From an uncultured Kangiella sp. (GTDB lineage: Bacteria; Pseudomonadota; Gammaproteobacteria; Enterobacterales; Kangiellaceae): 64,000 bases of DNA. This document shows, one piece after another, positions 19,684-28,101 of the stretch (the first letter of the stretch is position 1; the number at the start of each line of letters is the position of its first letter). The position numbers were made by a program, and so were the translations under genes. The DNA is taken from assembly GCA_947498625.1 (NCBI GenBank), contig CANMKR010000001.1, positions 114,090 through 178,089 of the forward strand, read 5' to 3'. The notes below the pieces were generated by a model. That model saw nothing but the letters and a program-made list of their open reading frames with translations. It was not told the DNA's origin and did no database searches.

Positions 19684-20214
19684 TTAATTAACTGCTTGTT
19701 GAAGTTTAGGCTCGGCTGTTTTCACTTTTTCAGTTGCAATCACTTCGGCAGGCTTAACTGCTTTTGGAGTTTCGCCAAAAGTTTCTACTAAATGATTCGC
19801 CCAATAGCCATCAGCTTGGGCGATCAAATCCCCTTGCTCTGTTCTCCAGGTGGCACGAGTTCTTGAGCTGTAATTTAAATACAACTTATCATCAATGATG
19901 GTCCAAGCTTTAGGATCAATTTTTAAAAAACGATCGCCAGACATGGCTTTAGCACAATAGCCACCATATTGCGGCACATATTTTTCCGGATCCGCTTTAA
20001 ACAAGTCACGATTCTCTTCCGAAGCAAAGCGCCATTCAGCACCACCATACTTATAAGTAATTTTCTTACTACCGCGAACTGCATCGCTTTGAGTATAATA
20101 AGCTACAACATCATAGCCACGAATAGCGCCAGAACTGCGCCCTTGATAGAAACGATCTTTTGCAAACGCTTCTACCGAAAATAAAACTAACAATAAACCA
20201 AATACATATTTCAT
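19684..20214 (-). CDS. Secreted YHS-domain protein (paralog 1).
   Basis: There is a signal peptide. The GYDVVAYY...YGGYCA pattern is characteristic of YHS/TRASH-type domains. It is paralogous to the downstream gene. Confidence 0.55.
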   Translation of the reverse strand: MKYVFGLLLVLFSVEAFAKDRFYQGRSSGAIRGYDVVAYYTQSDAVRGSKKITYKYGGAEWRFASEENRDLFKADPEKYVPQYGGYCAKAMSGDRFLKIDPKAWTIIDDKLYLNYSSRTRATWRTEQGDLIAQADGYWANHLVETFGETPKAVKPAEVIATEKVKTAEPKLQQAVN

Positions 20215-20254
20215 AATTAAGACCTCTTATCTACTACAATATTATTGAGTAAAT

Positions 20255-20284
20255 AAAAAAGGCTATGTTACATAGCCTTTTAAA
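20255..20284 (-). terminator. Rho-independent terminator between the two YHS paralogs.
   Basis: The hairpin GGCTATG-tta-CATAGCC has a T-run on the plus strand and an A-run upstream. Confidence 0.65.
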
Positions 20285-20285
20285 A

Positions 20286-20729
20286 TTATTTATTTTCTTG
20301 CCAATAGTTTTTCCAATTACCGTCAGCTTCTACAATCAGGTTAGCTTTATCTTCTAACCAATGTTTTTGTACCGACTTACTGTAATTCAAATAAAGTTTT
20401 CCATCTTCGATGTGCCAAGCTTCGCCATCTACCGAAACAAATCGATCGGCTGACATAGCAAAAGCACAATAACCGCCATACTGCGGCTCATATTTTTTAG
20501 GGTTTGCTTTAAACAACTCACGATTTTCTTCTGATACGAATCGCCATTTAGCACCTTTATACTCAAAAGTAATTTTTTTACTGCCCTCTACCGCCTTACC
20601 TTCTGTGAAGTAAGCAACAGCATCATAGCCATCAATGGCTCCACCAAAAAAACTCGAATAAACCGCATCTTCTTTGGCCATTACAGAAGTTGAAAATAAC
20701 AAGGTAAATATAACTAATAATTTTTTCAT
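20286..20729 (-). CDS. Secreted YHS-domain protein (paralog 2).
   Basis: There is a signal peptide. The pattern GYDAVAYFTEGKAVEGSKK...YGGYCAFAM matches. It shares roughly 50% identity by eye with paralog 1. Confidence 0.55.
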   Translation of the reverse strand: MKKLLVIFTLLFSTSVMAKEDAVYSSFFGGAIDGYDAVAYFTEGKAVEGSKKITFEYKGAKWRFVSEENRELFKANPKKYEPQYGGYCAFAMSADRFVSVDGEAWHIEDGKLYLNYSKSVQKHWLEDKANLIVEADGNWKNYWQENK

Positions 20730-20811
20730 AATAATTCCTAAATATAAGCTTCGTGTAATAGAAACATAGTTTTGAGCTTTGTTACAGCGTCAGTTCTCAG
20801 TTTACAAATTT

Positions 20812-21468
20812 TTAAATTTCCAACAATTGAGGTACTTCTTTAATGCTCATTTCTAATGATTGAACCCCAGCCGCTTTTGCGCTCATTACATCGGTTAAAG
20901 TGCTATCGCCAATATGTACTAACTGCCCCCCATCTATTTGGTAATGTTCTAATAAGTTACTGAGCATTTCCGCCGAGGGCTTAGCCCGACCATGAATACC
21001 TGCGATCAAGTGCCGATCAAAATAATCACTTAGCCCAACTTTTTTTAAATTCGAGTTACCATTGCTAGTCGCCACCAAAGTATATTTCCTGGCTAAATAC
21101 TCTAGTACTCGGTGTGTTGTTTCTGGAATTACTATTTGATTACGCCAATGATAAAAGACTGCAAAGGCGGGATTCACTAAAGATAAGTCGCCATCTACTT
21201 CTTTTAGCATCAGCTTAATCACTGCTTTTCGTAAAACCGTCATATTTTCATATTCAGGTTGGTTTAGTTCTATCAGTTGCTCAGTGATTCGCTCCATCAA
21301 ATCAATCGTAAAGTGCTTCTTTATGACAGGCTCACGCTGACAGAGGAATTGATACAACTCTGTTAAACACTTTTCGATAACCCCAGAGTTATCCCAAAGG
21401 GTATCGTCAAGATCAAAACTGATGACTTTAATTTGATGCCAATTGATTGATTCTATTATGCTTTTCAT
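20812..21468 (-). CDS. yigB: HAD-family hydrolase (YigB-like phosphatase).
   Basis: HAD motif I is ISFDLDDTLWDN. Its position between xerC and uvrD matches the E. coli yigB locus. Confidence 0.7.
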   Translation of the reverse strand: MKSIIESINWHQIKVISFDLDDTLWDNSGVIEKCLTELYQFLCQREPVIKKHFTIDLMERITEQLIELNQPEYENMTVLRKAVIKLMLKEVDGDLSLVNPAFAVFYHWRNQIVIPETTHRVLEYLARKYTLVATSNGNSNLKKVGLSDYFDRHLIAGIHGRAKPSAEMLSNLLEHYQIDGGQLVHIGDSTLTDVMSAKAAGVQSLEMSIKEVPQLLEI

Positions 21469-22364
21469 TGTTTCTTTTTCTTAGCTCGCGGATGAGCAGC
21501 ATCATAAGTCTTGGCAAGATGTTGAAAATCTAAATGTGTGTACACCTGGGTGGTGGCAATGCTGGCATGACCTAACAGTTCTTGCACTCCTCTTAAATCA
21601 CTTGAGGACTCTAAGACATGGGTGGCACAAGAATGGCGAAGCTTATGTGGGTGCAATCGATCGTTTAGTCCTAAAGTTTTGCCCCAATGAGCTAACCTTT
21701 GTTGGATTCCGCGTTGCCCAAACCTATCGCCATTTTTATTTAAAAACAAGGCTTGCTGAGAGTCATCTTTTATTAATGCAATACGTTCTTTCAACCAACT
21801 TTTAATCGCTTTAATGGCAGTAGCGCCTACGGGAACTTGTCGTTCTTTTTTGCCTTTGCCTAATACTCTTAATTCTGTATTGGCTATATCCAAATCAGCC
21901 AGATCCACTCCCACCAGTTCACTTAATCGAATTCCTGAGCTATAAAATAATTCCATAATGGCTTTATCGCGAATTTCTAACACCGTATTAGTCGGCATTG
22001 TATCAAGTAAATGACTCAGTGAATCAACATCTATATTTCGCGGCAATCGCTTTGCCTTTTTTGGACCACGAACACCTTTAGCAGGATTGTCCTGAGTAAT
22101 TTTATTAGCAATAAGATAATCAAAGAACTTACGAATAGCAGAAAGCATCAAAGCAATAGTGGGCGCAGAAGCTCCTTTCCTATGAGTTTCTGCCACCAGC
22201 ATACGCATATCTTGAGATTGAATTGAAGAATATTTGGCTAAGGATTTGCGTTCACAATAATCTTGTAAACGCAGTAATTGTCGCCGGTAGTTAGAAATCG
22301 TATGCTCAGAATAATGCCGCTGATGACTTAAATAATCTAAATAGGCATCAATATCATTTTGCAT
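21465..22364 (-). CDS. xerC: Tyrosine site-specific recombinase XerC.
   Basis: The catalytic motifs are LRHSCATHVLE and HASIATTQVYTH. The start chosen is MQNDIDAYLDYL. The longer ORF to 22445 would overlap yigA by 28 nt. Confidence 0.85.
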   Translation of the reverse strand: MQNDIDAYLDYLSHQRHYSEHTISNYRRQLLRLQDYCERKSLAKYSSIQSQDMRMLVAETHRKGASAPTIALMLSAIRKFFDYLIANKITQDNPAKGVRGPKKAKRLPRNIDVDSLSHLLDTMPTNTVLEIRDKAIMELFYSSGIRLSELVGVDLADLDIANTELRVLGKGKKERQVPVGATAIKAIKSWLKERIALIKDDSQQALFLNKNGDRFGQRGIQQRLAHWGKTLGLNDRLHPHKLRHSCATHVLESSSDLRGVQELLGHASIATTQVYTHLDFQHLAKTYDAAHPRAKKKKQ

Positions 22365-22417
22365 ACTTCGGAATTGCCTCGATTTATTTTTGGTACATTC
22401 TATCTTTGTTTCTTCTC

Positions 22418-23098
22418 TTACGATTCTTGATACTTCTCCATACAAGAATACATCACATCACCAATCAAACGAAGGAACAAAGTACCTAAATCGGCCGTAA
22501 ATAAATTAGCGTCCTTAGATCCTAAAGCTATAATTCCCATTTGCGCGCCTTCTCCTAATGGAATGAGGGCATAGGATTCTATGGATTTCTCACCATCAAA
22601 AATTTGCACGCTACTATCTGTGACTCGACCACAAACTGGCTCTTCAGTAATAAATCTCTGATCCGATAATTGTTGAATGGTTGCTAAATCGCCATAGTTA
22701 ACGTGATTTAAAGTACCATTTGGATCAAACAGCCAGATACGGCAAGAATCTAAGCCAAAGCCATTAATCATTTGATGTTGCAGTGAATCTACCAATTCCT
22801 GTTCGGAGCGTGCAGAAATCAACTTGACGGATAGATTGGTCGCTCTTAATAACAATTCACTATTGTCATTTGCCGTTTGCATCAACACTTTTAACTGAGC
22901 TTTTAGTTGTTGCTCACGCTCGCGCAAATTCAAAATTTGCTTTTCTACTAAAGATACAGAGCCATAAACATTGTGGTTCAACTTAATTTTATTAAGTAAC
23001 TCATCATGATAATGAAAAAAATCAGGGTTTTTTTCTAAATACTCAACAACTTTTTGTTCAATGATGCCATTTCTCGGAAGTCTCTTATCCGGATTCAT
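22418..23098 (-). CDS. yigA: DUF484 (YigA-family) GAF-like protein.
   Basis: The N-terminus has LEKNPDFFHYHDELL. The position between dapF and xerC matches the conserved locus. Confidence 0.7.
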   Translation of the reverse strand: MNPDKRLPRNGIIEQKVVEYLEKNPDFFHYHDELLNKIKLNHNVYGSVSLVEKQILNLREREQQLKAQLKVLMQTANDNSELLLRATNLSVKLISARSEQELVDSLQHQMINGFGLDSCRIWLFDPNGTLNHVNYGDLATIQQLSDQRFITEEPVCGRVTDSSVQIFDGEKSIESYALIPLGEGAQMGIIALGSKDANLFTADLGTLFLRLIGDVMYSCMEKYQES

Positions 23099-23937
23099 AG
23101 TTCAATTTGCCCCTCAAACACCCATTTTGCCGGTCCAGTCATTTTTACTTCATCGTTATGATTTTGACTGGTCCCCCCCCACTCTATCCATAGGCTACCA
23201 CCTGGTAGTATTACTTTCACCCGCTTTTCCGTTAAGTTTTGTAGTCTACTCACTACCATTGCGGCACAAGCACCGGTTCCGCAGGCTAGCGTCTCGCCAA
23301 CCCCACGCTCAAATACTCTGAGCTTGATAGTTTCCCGATCCATAATTTGCATAAAGCCAACATTTGCCTGCTCTGGAAAATAGCTGTGTTGACTTAAAGC
23401 TGCTCCTACTTTTTCAACTGGTGCCTGTTCAATATCTGGAACTGTTACCACTCCATGCGGGTTACCCATTGACAGGGCACCTGTTTGATAACGAACACCC
23501 TCCACTTCTAAGCCGTAGCTCAAGGCTTTTTGCGCATACCTTAATGGAATTTGTTCTGGCTCAAACCTTGGCGCCCCCATATTTATAGAGACTAAACCAT
23601 TATCTTCAAGTTCTGCTTGCATGGTTGCAGTATTAGTTGATAAGCGTAATTGTTTTTTCCAACTTAAACCGCGCTGTCGAACATACTTCGCGACACAACG
23701 AGCCCCGTTGCCGCAATGACCAGACTCGCTGCCGTCAGAATTGAAAATTCTAAAATGAAAATCTGTTTCAGGGTGTTGTGGCGCCTCAATCAATATCAAT
23801 TGATCGAAACCAATCCCAAAATTACGGTGACTTAAACGGTTAATTTGTGCCTGGTTCAGGAAAACCGACTGATTAATCCCATCGATGACCATGAAGTCAT
23901 TGCCAAGCCCATGCATCTTACTAAAGTGCAATAACAT
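23095..23937 (-). CDS. dapF: Diaminopimelate epimerase.
   Basis: The N-terminus is FSKMHGLGNDFMVID, with catalytic cysteines at HFRIFNSDGSESGHCGNGARC and GETLACGTGACAA. The start is trimmed to the MLLHFSKMHG Met, giving a typical 280 aa product. The upstream in-frame extension instead encodes lptM in another frame. Confidence 0.85.
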   Translation of the reverse strand: MLLHFSKMHGLGNDFMVIDGINQSVFLNQAQINRLSHRNFGIGFDQLILIEAPQHPETDFHFRIFNSDGSESGHCGNGARCVAKYVRQRGLSWKKQLRLSTNTATMQAELEDNGLVSINMGAPRFEPEQIPLRYAQKALSYGLEVEGVRYQTGALSMGNPHGVVTVPDIEQAPVEKVGAALSQHSYFPEQANVGFMQIMDRETIKLRVFERGVGETLACGTGACAAMVVSRLQNLTEKRVKVILPGGSLWIEWGGTSQNHNDEVKMTGPAKWVFEGQIEL

Positions 23938-23939
23938 CT

Positions 23940-24074
23940 TTATTGACGCTCTGTGACTGCTTGTGGAGCAGGCTCGGGTTGGCGAAGCGGGCCTTTTTGT
24001 CCGCATGCGGCTAAAATAGTGGTCACAAAACAGGCAATGATAATGCCAGATCCAAAACGTTGGATTTTTTTCAT
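23940..24074 (-). CDS. lptM: Small lipoprotein LptM (YifL family).
   Basis: The 44 aa product is MKKIQRFGSGIIIACFVTTILAACGQKGPLRQPEPAPQAVTERQ. It has the lipobox LAAC and the LptM hallmark CGxKGPL. It sits 2 nt upstream of dapF as in E. coli. It is absent from the ORF track because it is shorter than 60 aa. Confidence 0.7.
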   Translation of the reverse strand: MKKIQRFGSGIIIACFVTTILAACGQKGPLRQPEPAPQAVTERQ

Positions 24075-24200
24075 AACAGGCCAGCAATTCGCTTAATTTG
24101 AATGCTCAATATCTTGCATCAGCTTGGCAATATCTGCAAGATAAGTTTACAATCTAAGGATTAAAACCTTACCCAATTAAGCCTGAGACTTATACAGCCG

Positions 24201-24536
24201 ATGAACTCGAGCGAATTTAATCAAAAAATTGATGACACCTTATTGGTTATTGAAGATGCGATAGAAGCATTGATTCAGGAAACCGATATGGATTTGGACT
24301 ATGAAACCAGCTCCGGAATTTTAACTATCAGCTTAGGTGCTGGCGGCAAGTTAATTCTTAATCGGCAAGCCCCTGTTCAGCAATTATGGTTAGCCGCTAA
24401 AAGTGGTGGCTATCACCTAGATTGGAAAAATGACGACTGGTATAGCGATCGTGATAATGAGTCTTTGCATGACTTATTTAACCGCGTCTTTACTGAGCAA
24501 ACTGGTATTAAGGCTAACTTCCAGTTTGATTACTAA
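24201..24536 (+). CDS. cyaY: Frataxin-like iron-binding protein CyaY.
   Basis: The 111 aa product has an acidic N-terminal helix and the LDWKNDDW...DL pattern typical of CyaY. Its position divergent from lptM-dapF matches E. coli. Confidence 0.8.
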   Translation: MNSSEFNQKIDDTLLVIEDAIEALIQETDMDLDYETSSGILTISLGAGGKLILNRQAPVQQLWLAAKSGGYHLDWKNDDWYSDRDNESLHDLFNRVFTEQTGIKANFQFDY

Positions 24537-24602
24537 AGCTCATTCAAGTTTACCTTTAATACCAACTACCCTAACCATTAAACTCTAGAAGTAACTATTC
24601 CT

Positions 24603-25280
24603 ATGTCAGAATCTAAATTATTAGACAGCGTTATCATTGAACCTAAATCAGAACACAAAGCCACTGTCATTTGGCTGCACGGTCTTGGTGCCGATGGTCA
24701 TGATTTCGAGCCGATTGTGCCACAACTACAATTGCCTGAAGCTTTAGGAATCAAATTTATCTTTCCACACGCTCCGATTATCCCAGTCACCATCAACAAT
24801 GGTTATCCTATGCGGGCTTGGTATGACATTCGAAATGCAGATTTAGCTCAAAGAGAAGACCAAAAAGGAGTCAAACAATCAGCCAGCTTTATTATGGAAT
24901 TTATCCAAGCAGAACTGGATAACGGCATTCCAGCAGAAAAAATTATCTTAGCTGGCTTTTCGCAAGGCGGCGCTGTGACGTTACATTTGGCTACTCGCTT
25001 GGACTTTAAAATTGCCGGTGTGATTGCTTTATCTACTTATCTAACCATGGCCGATCACTTGGCTGAAGAGAAAACTGATGCCAACCTTGTCACCCCTATT
25101 TTTATGGCCCATGGCTCACAAGATCCGGTAGTACCGATGCAACGGGCACAATTTAGCGCTAAAACGCTAACGGATAGTGGTTTTCAAGTTTTATGGCAAG
25201 ACTATCCAATGCCACACGCGGTTTGTCCACCTGAAATCACTGCGGTGAGCCAATACATTCAGCGCCAACTGACTGATTGA
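24603..25280 (+). CDS. Alpha/beta-hydrolase carboxylesterase/phospholipase (YpfH-like).
   Basis: The nucleophile elbow is GFSQGG. HGLGADGHDF is near the N-terminus. Confidence 0.7.
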   Translation: MSESKLLDSVIIEPKSEHKATVIWLHGLGADGHDFEPIVPQLQLPEALGIKFIFPHAPIIPVTINNGYPMRAWYDIRNADLAQREDQKGVKQSASFIMEFIQAELDNGIPAEKIILAGFSQGGAVTLHLATRLDFKIAGVIALSTYLTMADHLAEEKTDANLVTPIFMAHGSQDPVVPMQRAQFSAKTLTDSGFQVLWQDYPMPHAVCPPEITAVSQYIQRQLTD

Positions 25281-25329
25281 GTCTTGATTTTATTGGCTTT
25301 TTTGCTTCAAATCAGCGACTATTAGCCAA

Positions 25330-26370
25330 ATGAGGAAGGATACAAGCACAGTTTTACCTACTATGTCAGAGCTCCCTGATTTTTGTCAGGTGGGCATTTT
25401 GTATCTCACTATTATTGCTTGCTTGTTATTGGCCTTCCTCATGGCGTTGGTCATTGATAATTGGCGCCTGAGCTTTTGGCTCAACCTATCCAGTTACGCC
25501 CTCTTTAATTTATGGACCGCTTTAACTAGCGTCGGGGTTTTGTGTCTCATAAAAAAACGCTTTGCTGCTCTTAATCTACAGCAGTTTTCTCTAGTCGCTC
25601 TTATCACCACCGTGTTGGTTGCGATTATATACAGCCTAGTCCTTATGACTTATCTCACTGGAGAGATTAATCTTTGGACTTTGTTTAGAAATACCGCAAT
25701 TGCCTTTATCGTCAGCAGTATTTTCTTCCGCTATTATTATTTGCAGCAATACAATCAGTTAAAAATTCAAGCAGAAGCAGAAGCTCGTGTCCAAGCATTA
25801 CAATCACGCATACGCCCTCATTTTTTATTCAATAGCTTAAATACTTTGGCCAATCTAGCGCCGGTGGATTCGCAAAAAACCGAAGAATCTATTTTAGACT
25901 TAGCGGATATTTTTCGTGCCAGTATGCAACGCTCCGATAAATTGATCCCATTTGCAGATGAAAAGCAGCTTTGTAATCAGTATTTACAGTTAGAGAAACA
26001 GCGACTTGGGGAAAGGCTTGAGTACGAGTGGCAAACGGATACTATTCGTGACTCAGTACCTTTTCCACCTTTACTATTGCAGCCTATTATTGAGAATGCG
26101 GTTTATCATGGCGTCCAAAATCGCACCGATGGCGGCAAGATTCTAATTAAAGGTTTAAGTACCAAGAAAGATATTCAACTGGAAATTACCAATCCACTAC
26201 CAAGCTCTACCGAGACGATTCATAAAGGCAACTCGCTGGCCTTAAAAAATATTCGTCAACGCTTAGAGGTTCTTTATCAAGGTCGTGCAGAGTTAAACTA
26301 TCATCAATCGGCGGACACTTTTTACTGCATTATCAAAGTGCCGAAAAAAGCCAGTTTCAATTTCGAGTAA
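25330..26370 (+). CDS. Membrane sensor histidine kinase of the LytS/AlgZ (His_kinase PF06580) type.
   Basis: The H-box is RIRPHFLFNSLNTLANL. There are four N-terminal TM helices. It is paired with a LytTR regulator. Confidence 0.75.
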   Translation: MRKDTSTVLPTMSELPDFCQVGILYLTIIACLLLAFLMALVIDNWRLSFWLNLSSYALFNLWTALTSVGVLCLIKKRFAALNLQQFSLVALITTVLVAIIYSLVLMTYLTGEINLWTLFRNTAIAFIVSSIFFRYYYLQQYNQLKIQAEAEARVQALQSRIRPHFLFNSLNTLANLAPVDSQKTEESILDLADIFRASMQRSDKLIPFADEKQLCNQYLQLEKQRLGERLEYEWQTDTIRDSVPFPPLLLQPIIENAVYHGVQNRTDGGKILIKGLSTKKDIQLEITNPLPSSTETIHKGNSLALKNIRQRLEVLYQGRAELNYHQSADTFYCIIKVPKKASFNFE

Positions 26371-26380
26371 GAAGGATCTT

Positions 26381-27079
26381 ATGCACCATTTAAATCAGCT
26401 TTCCGTTTTAATTGTCGATGATGAAGCCCCGGCGCGCCAACGTTTAAAGCGCATGATTAGCTCGATTGATATTCTTCATGCTATCGGCGAGGCTGAGAAT
26501 GCAGAGTTCGCCATCCAACAAATACAAGAGCAGCAGCCTGATTTAGTGTTTTTAGATATTTCTATGCCAAGTATGAATGGTATTCAATTGGCCAACTGGC
26601 TTTCTGAACAGTATCCAGCGATAAAAATTATCTTTACCACCGCCTATGATGAATATGCGCTAGAAGCCTTTGACGTCAACGCTACTGACTACCTGCTAAA
26701 ACCGATCCGACGCGAACGCTTACAAAAAGCGGTACAAAAACTAATCCCTGCATCGACTACTTTTTATAGCATCAAAGATGGTCAATCCACTTATCGGCTA
26801 AATATTCAGGACATTATCTGGTTACACGCAGATCAAAAATATACCGAAATACATACCAAAGAAAGAACTTACCTAACCAATGACAGCCTTAAAGATTTTG
26901 AACAAGCCTACCCTAATACTTTTTTGCGCATTCATCGCTCAAGCCTTATCAATCCAAAATTTCTACAAGGGGTAGAGCAGCATCGACAAACTATGCTGGC
27001 TTTACTTAATGAAACTGACAACAAACCCGAAGTTAGTCGACGCCACCAATCCGATGTGCGAAATTTTCTCAAAGTTTAA
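26381..27079 (+). CDS. algR: LytTR-family response regulator (AlgR-like).
   Basis: The receiver domain (VLIVDDE...DLVFLDISMP) is followed by a C-terminal LytTR DNA-binding domain. Its position upstream of hemC matches Pseudomonas algR. Confidence 0.75.
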   Translation: MHHLNQLSVLIVDDEAPARQRLKRMISSIDILHAIGEAENAEFAIQQIQEQQPDLVFLDISMPSMNGIQLANWLSEQYPAIKIIFTTAYDEYALEAFDVNATDYLLKPIRRERLQKAVQKLIPASTTFYSIKDGQSTYRLNIQDIIWLHADQKYTEIHTKERTYLTNDSLKDFEQAYPNTFLRIHRSSLINPKFLQGVEQHRQTMLALLNETDNKPEVSRRHQSDVRNFLKV

Positions 27080-27169
27080 CTCTTGCTTGATTTATTCAAT
27101 AGATCAAGAGGCACTCAAGGCTTAATCTATGGTAAGATTTGCCCATAGAATATCACTCAAAAGTAATAC

Positions 27170-28099
27170 ATGAGTACCAACACTTTACGCATCGCAACCC
27201 GCCAAAGCCCGTTAGCGTTATGGCAAGCAGAATACGTTCAATCAGAACTCAAAAAACACCATCCCGAACTTACAGTTGAGCTGGTACCTATGACCACTCA
27301 AGGTGACAAGATTCTTGGCACACCCCTTACTAAAATCGGTGGTAAAGGACTATTCGTTAAAGAGCTTGAGCAAGCCATGTTAGATGGTCGAGCCGATATC
27401 GCGGTTCACTCAATGAAAGATGTCCCCTATAAATTTCCAGCAGGACTCGAATTAAAAGTCATCTGCCCACGAGAAGATCCAACCGATGCTTTTGTTTCTA
27501 ACCGCTATAATAATCTAGATGAATTGCCCGTTGGCGCGATTGTTGGTACTTCTAGCATGCGCCGTAAAATACAAATTCTGGCACTAAGACCCGATCTGTT
27601 AATTAAAGATTTACGCGGAAACGTAGGTACCCGCCTATCTAAACTCGATAACGGTGAATACGATGCCATTATTCTTGCTTCCGCTGGGCTTAAACGTTTA
27701 AAACTATCCGAACGAATTGCTTCTACCATCAGTCCTGAACAAATGCTACCAGCCCCAGGGCAAGGAGCGGTCGGTATTGAAGCTCGAAGCAATGACCCAG
27801 AGCTTGATCGAATTCTAGCGCCATTGAACGATAGCGATACCCAATTAAGAGTATTAGCTGAGCGCCGAATTACCGAAACTCTCGAGTCCAGTTGCCAGGT
27901 GCCTGTCGCTGCTTTTGCTACTTTAGATAATGAGCAGCTGCATTTAAAAGCTCTAGTCGGCGCTAGTGATAATCATATGATTTGGGCTGAAGCCAGCGGT
28001 GATAAGCATGAAGCCATCGCTTTGGGTAATCAAGCTGCTGAGAAATTGGTAGCTCAAGGCGCACATCAATTGATGCAAGCTTATATCTCCGAGCAGTAA
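27170..28099 (+). CDS. hemC: Porphobilinogen deaminase (hydroxymethylbilane synthase).
   Basis: [18 protein letters not shown] and the cofactor Cys region are classic HemC features. Confidence 0.9.
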   Translation: MSTNTLRIATRQSPLALWQAEYVQSELKKHHPELTVELVPMTTQGDKILGTPLTKIGGKGLFVKELEQAMLDGRADIAVHSMKDVPYKFPAGLELKVICPREDPTDAFVSNRYNNLDELPVGAIVGTSSMRRKIQILALRPDLLIKDLRGNVGTRLSKLDNGEYDAIILASAGLKRLKLSERIASTISPEQMLPAPGQGAVGIEARSNDPELDRILAPLNDSDTQLRVLAERRITETLESSCQVPVAAFATLDNEQLHLKALVGASDNHMIWAEASGDKHEAIALGNQAAEKLVAQGAHQLMQAYISEQ

Positions 28100-28101
28100 T
28101 C

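Noticed and set aside
24110-24165. Inverted repeat ATCTTGCA-N17-TGCAAGAT between lptM and cyaY, and a similar TCTATGG-N10-CCATAGA between algR and hemC (27128-27152).
   Set aside because: Short palindromes like these are common by chance in AT-rich intergenic DNA. Without a known binding consensus I cannot assign a regulator. They are noted only as possible operators.
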